A stretch of DNA of 64,000 nucleotides from Oceanicaulis sp. Its GTDB lineage: Bacteria; Pseudomonadota; Alphaproteobacteria; Caulobacterales; Maricaulaceae. The DNA lies in contig CP121338.1 of the NCBI GenBank assembly GCA_043513725.1, positions 2,668,838-2,732,837 on the forward strand, in the 5' to 3' direction. Under the pieces are notes generated by a model. That model had not been told where the DNA came from and searched no databases. It saw only the letters and a list, made by a program, of their open reading frames with translations. Below, piece by piece: positions 57,462 through 64,000 of the stretch; the stretch's first letter is position 1; the number at the start of each line of letters is the position of its first letter. A program made the position numbers and the translations under genes.

Positions 57462-58250
57462 GTGACCTGTTCGATTTTGATGGTTGGTTGTGGGAATATG
57501 GGCGGCGCGCTGCTGGCCCGCTGGGTTGAGCTGGACGGCGTTGACGTCACGGTCATGGACCCGGGTTCACCAATCCTCCCGGACGGGGTGAAGCACGTGT
57601 ACGACCTCGGCGAACTGGGCGACACGAAGTTTGATGGCATGATCGTCGCGGTGAAGCCGCAGCTCATCGCCAAGGCCATTCCGCCCGCCGCAGAATTTCT
57701 CAAAGAGGGCAGCTTCGCGGTATCAATCGCGGCTGGCACATCTGCTGATGTTGTGTCGGAGGCGTGTGCAGGTGCTGCCGTTATTCGCCTGATGCCGAAC
57801 ATGCCGGCGCGCGTGGGGCAGGGGGTAAGCGGCCTTTATGCTCAAGACGCCGTCTCGGAAAGCCAGCGCGCGCTCGCAACGAAGCTTGCTGAAGCTGTTG
57901 GCGTGGCAATCTGGGTGCAGGCTGAAGATGCGATTGACCGCATTACTGCCGCCGCCGGCAGTGGCCCTGGCTACGTGTTTGAATTCGCGCGCACTTACCA
58001 GCAAGCGGTGGAAGGGCTGGGCTTTTCTGCCGAAGAAGCGCGCCGCCTGGTGCTGGAAACCATGCTCGGCTGCATGATGCTGGCGGGCGAAGGTGACACG
58101 AGCTTCGAACTGCTTCGCAATTCCATCATGAGCAAGGGCGGAACCACGGCTGCCGGCGTGTCCGCGCTCAACGATGACGGCTCTTTGAGCCAGCATATCT
58201 CCGCCGCGCTCTCGGCTGCGTACGAGCGTGCGGTTGAGCTGCGCGCCTGA
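57462..58250 (+). CDS. proC: pyrroline-5-carboxylate reductase
   Basis: 262 aa from the GTG at 57462 (AGGAG 5 nt upstream). ..ILMVGCGNMGGALL.., ..MPNMPA.VGQG.., ..SKGGTTAAG... Confidence 0.9.
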   Translation: MTCSILMVGCGNMGGALLARWVELDGVDVTVMDPGSPILPDGVKHVYDLGELGDTKFDGMIVAVKPQLIAKAIPPAAEFLKEGSFAVSIAAGTSADVVSEACAGAAVIRLMPNMPARVGQGVSGLYAQDAVSESQRALATKLAEAVGVAIWVQAEDAIDRITAAAGSGPGYVFEFARTYQQAVEGLGFSAEEARRLVLETMLGCMMLAGEGDTSFELLRNSIMSKGGTTAAGVSALNDDGSLSQHISAALSAAYERAVELRA

Positions 58251-58316
58251 TCGGCGCGCTGTCACGACTTTAGACTTTTAACGTCCACAATAGGTGAAAA
58301 GGACCTGATCTTAGGC

Positions 58317-59603
58317 ATGACCGCTGCTGCGACACTCGCCTCAAACGATACCGTCGACATCAACGCATACGTGGAGGATCTCGCCCGCAGATCCGTTGCG
58401 GCGGGTCGCCAGCTGGCGGCGGCATCCACTGATCAGAAGAACGCCGCGTTGACTGCAGCGGCTGAAGCGCTGCGCAAAAACACCGCGCGCCTTCTGGACG
58501 CCAACGCTATCGACGTTGAAGGCGTAAAGAAGGCCGGCAAGCCAGACTCCTTCATTGACCGACTTGTGCTGACCGAGGAGCGCATTGCCGGGATCGCTGA
58601 CGCGCTGGACCAGATCGCGGCACTGCCCGATCCGGTTGGACGAGTCCTTCACACGACCGAGCGTCCGAATGGCCTGAAGATCGAGCGCGTTGCAACGCCG
58701 CTTGGCGTCATCGGCATGATTTATGAGAGCCGCCCGAATGTGGGTGCAGACGCCGGCGCGCTTTGCCTGAAGTCTGGCAATACGGTCATCCTGCGCGGCG
58801 GTTCGGAAAGTCTGAACTCGACCCGCGTGATTGTGGAATGCCTGGCTGAAGGCCTCGAAAAGGCTGACCTGCCGCAGGATTGTATCCAGATGATCGACAC
58901 TCCCAACCGCGAGGCAGTCAAGGCGCTGCTCACCTCGGTCGGCCTTGTCGATCTGGTGATCCCGCGTGGGGGCAAGGGCCTTGTCTCGCTCGTGCGCGAC
59001 ATGGCGCGCGTCCCGACGCTGCTGCACCTTGATGGCAACTGCCACACCTATGTTCATGCCGACGCCGACCTCGGCAAGGCTGTGTCGATCCTGACCAATG
59101 CCAAGCTGCGCCGGACTGGTGTTTGCGGGGCGACCGAAAGCCTCGTGGTGGACCGGGCGATCGCAAAGGACTTCCTGCCGCGTGCTGTGGAATCGCTGGG
59201 TAACTGCGAAATTCGCGGTGAAGCCGAGGCGCAGGAGATCGACAGCCGGATCAAGCCGGCGTCTGCGGAAGACTTCTCAACTGAATATCTCGACACCATC
59301 CTTTCGGTGAAGATCGTCGACGGCCTTGATGAGGCGCTGACCCACGTGGCCCAGCACTCCTCGGCTCACACGGACGCGATCATCACCGAAGACCAGGATG
59401 CGGCCGATGCGTTCCTGACCAACATCGATTCTGCCGTGGTGATGCACAATGCATCGACCCAGTTCTCCGATGGCGGTGAGTTCGGCATGGGTGCGGAGAT
59501 CGGGATTGCGACGGGCAAGATGCACGCCCGCGGCCCGGTGGGTCTGGAGCAGCTGACCAGCTTCAAATACCGCGTGCTGGGCAACGGTCAGACGCGTCCG
59601 TAA
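58317..59603 (+). CDS. proA: glutamate-5-semialdehyde dehydrogenase
   Basis: 428 aa. ..[12 protein letters not shown]...LCLKSGN.VILRGG.E.., ..CGA.ESL.V.., ..HTDAIITED.., ..[26 protein letters not shown]. Confidence 0.95.
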   Translation: MTAAATLASNDTVDINAYVEDLARRSVAAGRQLAAASTDQKNAALTAAAEALRKNTARLLDANAIDVEGVKKAGKPDSFIDRLVLTEERIAGIADALDQIAALPDPVGRVLHTTERPNGLKIERVATPLGVIGMIYESRPNVGADAGALCLKSGNTVILRGGSESLNSTRVIVECLAEGLEKADLPQDCIQMIDTPNREAVKALLTSVGLVDLVIPRGGKGLVSLVRDMARVPTLLHLDGNCHTYVHADADLGKAVSILTNAKLRRTGVCGATESLVVDRAIAKDFLPRAVESLGNCEIRGEAEAQEIDSRIKPASAEDFSTEYLDTILSVKIVDGLDEALTHVAQHSSAHTDAIITEDQDAADAFLTNIDSAVVMHNASTQFSDGGEFGMGAEIGIATGKMHARGPVGLEQLTSFKYRVLGNGQTRP

Positions 59604-59661
59604 CGCGTCACCGCCCTACCAAAGCAAGCTTTCTGATCACAAAACAGATTGAGGCCGCGTC

Positions 59662-61215
59662 ATGCAACTTGAAGCGCTGATTTCGCTCGCCGGGTATTTT
59701 GTACTCATGCTCGGCATCGGGCTCTATGCCTATAAAAAGTCCACAGACGACGTGTCCGGCTACATGCTGGGCGGTCGTCAACTCCACCCGGCGGTGGGCG
59801 CGCTGTCTGCCGGTGCGTCGGACATGTCCGGCTGGATGCTGATGGGCCTTCCCGGGGCCATCTACGTATCCGGTCTCAGCGAAGCCTGGATTGCTGTGGG
59901 TCTCGTGATTGGTGCCTGGTTTAACTACACGCTTGTCGCGCCGCGCCTGCGTGTATTCACCGAGGTCGCCGACGACGCCATCACCATCCCGGACTATTTC
60001 GAGAAACGCTTCAACGACAACACGCGCATCCTGCGTATCCTGTCGTCTGTAGTGATCGTGATCTTCTTTACGCTCTACACCTCGTCCGGCGTTGTGGCCG
60101 GCGGCAAGCTGTTCGAAGCCAGCTTTGGTGTGAACTACTATCTCGGCCTGTTCCTGACGGCTGGCGTGGTGATCGTCTACACGCTGATCGGCGGTTTCCT
60201 CGCCGTGAGCCTGACGGACTTCGTGCAGGGCGCGATCATGTTCGTGGCTCTGATCATGGTGCCCATCGTGGCGTATATGCAGCTGGGTTCAATCGGTGAG
60301 ATCGCCGAGGTCACGCGCAGCGCGACCGAGGCCCCGAACTATCTGTCCATGCTACCCGAAACGATTGGTGCAGTGAGTGTCATTGGCATCATTTCGGCCA
60401 TGAGCTGGGGCCTTGGCTACTTCGGCCAGCCGCACATCATCGTACGCTTCATGGCGATCCGGACGCTGAAAGAGGTCGCCACCGCGCGCCTGATCGGTAT
60501 GAGCTGGATGGTCGTGACGGTGATTGGTGCGGTGTTGACCGGTATCCTGGGTCTGGCCTTTGTGACGGTGAATACCGGCGCGATTGATGACGCCATGATC
60601 GAGTTTACCGACCCGGAAACGATCTTCATCCTGATGAGTCAGATCCTGTTCCACCCGCTGGTGGGCGGCTTCCTGTTGGCAGCCATTCTGGCCGCGATCA
60701 TGTCGACCATTTCCAGCCAGCTGCTGGTGTCGTCGAGCTCGCTGACCGAGGACTTCTACAAGGCCTTTGTGCGCCGTGAAGCCAGCCAGAAAGAGCTGGT
60801 TCTGATCGGCCGCGCCTCGGTTCTGGTGGTGTCGCTGATTGCGATTTTCCTGGCGTTTGACCGCTCTAGTACGATCCTGTCGCTGGTGTCGAATGCCTGG
60901 GCAGGCTTTGGCGCGGCCTTCGGTCCGCTCATCCTGTTCAGCCTGTATCGCAAGGACATGAGCCGCTCCTCGGCCATTGCCGGCATGGTCACTGGTGCGG
61001 TTGTGGTGCTGTTTTGGATCTACGCCCCGATCAATGTGATGTGGGACGGTGAACAGACCAATCTGTCTGGCGTGATCTACGAGATCATTCCTGGCTTCAT
61101 CGCCAGCTGCGTCGCCATTCTCGTCACTGACGCCGTCACCAAGGCGCCAAAAGGCAAGGTGGCCGAACGCTTCGACGAGATGGAAGAAACCATGAAAGAG
61201 GATCCGAACCTGTAA
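59662..61215 (+). CDS. putP: sodium/proline symporter (SSS family)
   Basis: 517 aa with about 13 TM. ..YMLGGR.L.P.V.ALSAGASDMSGW.LMGLPGA.Y.. is typical PutP. Confidence 0.9.
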   Translation: MQLEALISLAGYFVLMLGIGLYAYKKSTDDVSGYMLGGRQLHPAVGALSAGASDMSGWMLMGLPGAIYVSGLSEAWIAVGLVIGAWFNYTLVAPRLRVFTEVADDAITIPDYFEKRFNDNTRILRILSSVVIVIFFTLYTSSGVVAGGKLFEASFGVNYYLGLFLTAGVVIVYTLIGGFLAVSLTDFVQGAIMFVALIMVPIVAYMQLGSIGEIAEVTRSATEAPNYLSMLPETIGAVSVIGIISAMSWGLGYFGQPHIIVRFMAIRTLKEVATARLIGMSWMVVTVIGAVLTGILGLAFVTVNTGAIDDAMIEFTDPETIFILMSQILFHPLVGGFLLAAILAAIMSTISSQLLVSSSSLTEDFYKAFVRREASQKELVLIGRASVLVVSLIAIFLAFDRSSTILSLVSNAWAGFGAAFGPLILFSLYRKDMSRSSAIAGMVTGAVVVLFWIYAPINVMWDGEQTNLSGVIYEIIPGFIASCVAILVTDAVTKAPKGKVAERFDEMEETMKEDPNL

Positions 61216-61242
61216 GGGCTCGGAGCCACTTTCAAAGCTCAC

Positions 61243-61275
61243 AAAGGGGCGCGGGCAACCGCGCCCCTTTCTCTT
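61243..61275 (+). terminator. intrinsic terminator after putP
   Basis: Hairpin AAAGGGGCGCG-ggcaac-CGCGCCCCTTTCTCTT. Confidence 0.65.
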
Positions 61276-61306
61276 GATCCAGACACGACCACGCCCGGGG
61301 GCAATC

Positions 61307-62593
61307 ATGGAAAGCTATCGCAGTCTGACCGCCGTCATCATTTGCCTGTCTGTTCTTCAGGCCGCTCTTGGTGCGCTGGCCATCGTTGGTCCGCTGACGC
61401 TTCTGGGTACCGGTGTCGGATCGCTCTGGATTGGGTTTGTCGCCTCCTCCTATGCCGCGGGCTTTCTGGTCGGCGCACAGCTGGCCCCGCGCGAAATCGG
61501 TCGGATCGGCCATATCCGCGCAGTGTCGGCCTTTGGGGCCTGTGCAGCGGTGGCTGCGGCTCTGCTCAGCCTGTCGACGGCGATCCCGTGGTGGATTGGC
61601 GTTCAGTTCGCCTTGGGCGTTGCCGTGGCCATGTTGATGGCTACCGGCGAAAGCTGGATCGCCGATGCCGCGCCGGCTGAACAGCGCGGCTCCATCGTCA
61701 GCTTCTACATGGTGGCGGGCAAGCTAGGCTATCTGATCGGTCCATTCCTGTTTCAGGTGCTGCCGGAAGGTCAGGTCTATGGCTTCCTTCTTGTGGTCAC
61801 GCTGATGGCGGCGTGCCTTGTGCCGGTCGCTGCCACCGACCGCTCCCCGCCTGAAGTCAGCTCCGCGCGCGCCATGGGCCCGTTGCAGGTCTGGAAGCGC
61901 GCGCCTGCAGCCTTGATCACAGCGGTCGTCTCAGGCCTGTGCGGGGCTGCCGTGCTGCAACTTTATTCTGTCTATATAAGCGCAATCCGCCCAGTGGATG
62001 CGGTGGCGTTCGCGGCGCTGTTCAACGCCGCCCTGATCGCCGGTTCGGTGGTCCTGCAGTGGCCGGCCGGTCTGCTCTCTGACCGGATTGACCGGCGCCT
62101 GGTGATTGGCGGGCTGGGTGCAATTGCGGGCACAGCCTCCGTTTTGCTCGCGGTGTTTGGCGAAACAGCGCCATCCTGGCTCCTGCTGTCGGCCGCAGCG
62201 CTATGGGGAGCTGGCGCGATGTCGATTTACGGCGTGGGCGTTGCCCATGCCGCCGACCGTGCGGCACCGGGCGAGGGGGCGGCCATGATGAGCGGTGTGA
62301 TCCTGGTCTGGGCCTTTGGCATGATGGTGGGCCCGACGCTGGGCGGCGTGGTGATGGATATCGCCGGCCCGTCCGGGCTGTTCTCCATCGCTGCTGTTGC
62401 GCTCGTGGGTCTTGCCGCAGCCATGCTGTTGCGCCGCGCTGACCGGGCTGCGGTTGCCCCGGACGACAAGGGCGATTTCGTCGTGGCGACGCCGACCAGC
62501 TATGCCATGTCTGAAATCAATCCGATGGGCGATGACGGTGGAGACGAGTATGATGATAGCAAAAATGAGGAAGAATTATCATCAGCGGAGTAA
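61307..62593 (+). CDS. MFS transporter with acidic C-terminal tail
   Basis: About 12 TM. The ATG at 61307 (GGGGG upstream) is preferred over the TTG at 61274. C-terminal tail ..GDDGGDEYDDSKNEEELSSAE. Confidence 0.8.
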   Translation: MESYRSLTAVIICLSVLQAALGALAIVGPLTLLGTGVGSLWIGFVASSYAAGFLVGAQLAPREIGRIGHIRAVSAFGACAAVAAALLSLSTAIPWWIGVQFALGVAVAMLMATGESWIADAAPAEQRGSIVSFYMVAGKLGYLIGPFLFQVLPEGQVYGFLLVVTLMAACLVPVAATDRSPPEVSSARAMGPLQVWKRAPAALITAVVSGLCGAAVLQLYSVYISAIRPVDAVAFAALFNAALIAGSVVLQWPAGLLSDRIDRRLVIGGLGAIAGTASVLLAVFGETAPSWLLLSAAALWGAGAMSIYGVGVAHAADRAAPGEGAAMMSGVILVWAFGMMVGPTLGGVVMDIAGPSGLFSIAAVALVGLAAAMLLRRADRAAVAPDDKGDFVVATPTSYAMSEINPMGDDGGDEYDDSKNEEELSSAE

Positions 62594-62602
62594 TGTCGAA
62601 AA

Positions 62603-62617
62603 TTTCAATGATTGAAA
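62603..62617. repeat. perfect 15-bp palindrome TTTCAAT-g-ATTGAAA in the AT-rich dps upstream region
   Basis: Read directly from the sequence. Both 7-nt arms are exact reverse complements. Confidence 0.6.
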
Positions 62618-62688
62618 GAATGTGTGGCCAAGGACTTTGATTTCATTTTGCAGCTTTGAAGGGGCTCAAAAGATTGTTCGATAACTCG

Positions 62689-62701
62689 AATTGAATCAAT
62701 T
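62689..62701. repeat. perfect 13-bp palindrome AATTGA-a-TCAATT
   Basis: Read directly from the sequence. It shares the ATTGA/TCAAT core with the palindrome at 62603-62617. Confidence 0.6.
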
Positions 62702-62802
62702 GATGGGGTGGAATTCATTGGAAAACTTGAAATCCACGCCTCAAGCACCATCTCCTACGGTGTCGATGCGCAATGCTGCGCTCGGCGCGAAAGGAGTTTT
62801 TT

Positions 62803-62940
62803 ATGACCACGAAGGTGACCCGCACTGAAGCAACCCAAGCTGAAGAACGGACGAGCCAGCGTCGTGTTTTCCTTATTTCTACGGTGCTCGCCGTTGCCGT
62901 AATGGCGCTGGCGGTGCTGGGTTTTGCTATCGCGTTCTAA
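62803..62940 (+). CDS. candidate 45-aa C-terminally membrane-anchored micro-protein
   Basis: Below the ORF-track size cut-off. AAAGGAG lies 6 nt upstream of the ATG. Sequence MTTKVTRTEATQAEERTSQRRVFLISTVLAVAVMALAVLGFAIAF. Lies 58 nt upstream of dps. Confidence 0.4.
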   Translation: MTTKVTRTEATQAEERTSQRRVFLISTVLAVAVMALAVLGFAIAF

Positions 62941-62998
62941 TCGTCGCGTCTGTCTCTTCTGAGCTGACTTTTACACCTCCAACCAAGGAGATGACGAT

Positions 62999-63511
62999 AT
63001 GACTGCTGTTTTGAAAGCCGACTTTGCCAACGAGAACGAACCGCGCATCAGCGTTCAGGACAATGCTGACCGTGAGCGCCTTGCCGGTGCCCTGCGCGAG
63101 GTTGTTGGCGACACCTACATGCTGCTCGCAAAGACCCAAGGCTATCACTGGAATGTCAGTGGCCCGCTCTTCCTGTCGATCCACGAGCTGACAGAGACGC
63201 AATACCGCGATCTGTTCGAGGCAGCGGACGATCTGGCCGAGCGTGCCCGTGCACTGGGTGAGGCCGCGCCCACGTCCTATGCGCAGTTCGCGCACACCAG
63301 CGTGATCAAGGATGATGACGGCAAGCCGAAGACGGCCGGTGAAATGGTCGATGCTTTGGCAACCGACAACGAGCGCTGCGCGCGCCGCTTCATGGAAGTG
63401 TCCAACCTGGCCGAGGAACTTGGTGACAAGGTTACTGAGGACATGGCGATCGCCCGCATGCGCCAGCACGAGCAGAATGCCTGGATGCTCCGGGCGACCT
63501 CTGCCGACTAA
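62999..63511 (+). CDS. dps: Dps family DNA-protection/ferroxidase protein
   Basis: 170 aa. ..L..V.GDTYMLLAKTQGYHWNVSGPLF.S.HELTE.QY..LF...DDLAER.RALG.. is the typical Dps four-helix bundle. Confidence 0.9.
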   Translation: MTAVLKADFANENEPRISVQDNADRERLAGALREVVGDTYMLLAKTQGYHWNVSGPLFLSIHELTETQYRDLFEAADDLAERARALGEAAPTSYAQFAHTSVIKDDDGKPKTAGEMVDALATDNERCARRFMEVSNLAEELGDKVTEDMAIARMRQHEQNAWMLRATSAD

Positions 63512-63537
63512 CGCTCTCTGAAGCGTTCCCCTTGGGA

Positions 63538-63572
63538 AAGCCCCGCCTGGTTCCAAGCGGGGCTTTTCTTAT
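63538..63572. terminator. bidirectional intrinsic terminator (dps / tamB convergent)
   Basis: Hairpin AAAGCCCCGC-ctggttccaa-GCGGGGCTTTTCTT. Confidence 0.65.
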
Positions 63573-64000
63573 TCGAATTCCCGTCGCCAGTGGATTGCCA
63601 GCTGGGCGTTGGTGTCACCGGTCAGGCGCGACAGCACTACGATATCCGGCGTAATCGACCATTCAATCCGGGCCGCGCCGAGATTGGAGGCCGTTCCGGT
63701 TTCCAGTTCCAGATAGACGTCTTCACTCAACTGACGCCCGGCCGCCAGAGCCACACCGCCATTTTCGCCCTCGCGCAACGTCAGCCGGTCGAGGCCCACC
63801 ATCCGACCGGCATCACTCAGCGCGCCAAGCCAGTTTCGGCCCGATAGCTGTGCGGCGAGCTGGGCCGCCTGAAGCGGGCTGAGAGCGGCGGTGCTCTGAT
63901 CAAACAGCAGACGGGCCAGCACCTCATCCTCGGGCAGCGGCGGGTTGCTGGTAAAGCTGACTTGCGGCTCGCTGATCGGCCCTTCAGCCCGGGCGATGAC
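63569..64000 (-). CDS. tamB: translocation/assembly module protein TamB, C-terminal (DUF490) end; N-terminus outside window
   Basis: The minus-strand frame is open to the window edge. The tail ..GRQLSEDVYLELETG....ARIEWSITPDIVVLSRLTGDTNAQLAIHWRREFE resembles the TamB C-terminal beta-region. Confidence 0.65.
   Translation of the reverse strand, partial: VIARAEGPISEPQVSFTSNPPLPEDEVLARLLFDQSTAALSPLQAAQLAAQLSGRNWLGALSDAGRMVGLDRLTLREGENGGVALAAGRQLSEDVYLELETGTASNLGAARIEWSITPDIVVLSRLTGDTNAQLAIHWRREFE

Noticed and set aside
60352-61308. 318-aa ORF on the minus strand
   Set aside because: It is antisense to putP. It is R/H/D-rich nonsense composition.

Overview
This is a GC-rich, gene-dense chromosomal segment. 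It looks like core genome of a marine alphaproteobacterium of the Caulobacterales/Hyphomonadaceae type. That placement is an inference from four things: a permuted two-piece tmRNA gene with a Caulobacter-like tag (ANDNYAEEVALAA), an alpha-type SspB, thyA-folA-hflK-hflC synteny, and a BolA-Grx4 pair. I can support about 70 protein-coding genes, one RNA gene (ssrA) and several intrinsic terminators. Content is mostly housekeeping and metabolism: 3-hydroxybutyrate dehydrogenase, YaaA, an FAD oxidase, Sua5/TsaC, YceI-cytochrome b561-YceI, acyl-CoA dehydrogenase, signal peptidase I, NADP-isocitrate dehydrogenase, ribosomal protein S4, Grx4/BolA, an M28 peptidase, tyrosine catabolism (hppD, maiA, MarR), a bacterial alternative oxidase, a TonB-dependent receptor, fumarase C, an MCP, SspB, a P450, PadR plus a hybrid histidine kinase, HflKC, FolA/ThyA, a GNAT-nitrilase fusion, ZntB, a RimK three-gene cluster, a complete proline module (proB / proC-proA-putP), Dps and the 3' end of TamB. 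I saw no rRNA or tRNA genes, CRISPR arrays, transposases, integrases, prophage blocks or recognisable anti-phage defence genes. I did not find a convincing new multi-gene system. The best leads are: (i) thyA is split by a 1-nt frameshift 48 codons before its conserved C-terminus, and a 69-codon Cys-rich membrane ORF sits translationally coupled between thyA and folA; (ii) a 702-aa N-terminally membrane-anchored coiled-coil protein with TipN-like architecture; (iii) an orphan RusA-type resolvase outside any prophage; (iv) a terminator-like hairpin abutting the proB ribosome-binding site in an AT-rich divergent control region; (v) two operons of uncharacterised, apparently exported proteins; (vi) an AT-rich, palindrome-bearing region plus a micro-ORF upstream of dps. 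All functional calls come from motif recognition by eye, with no database searches.
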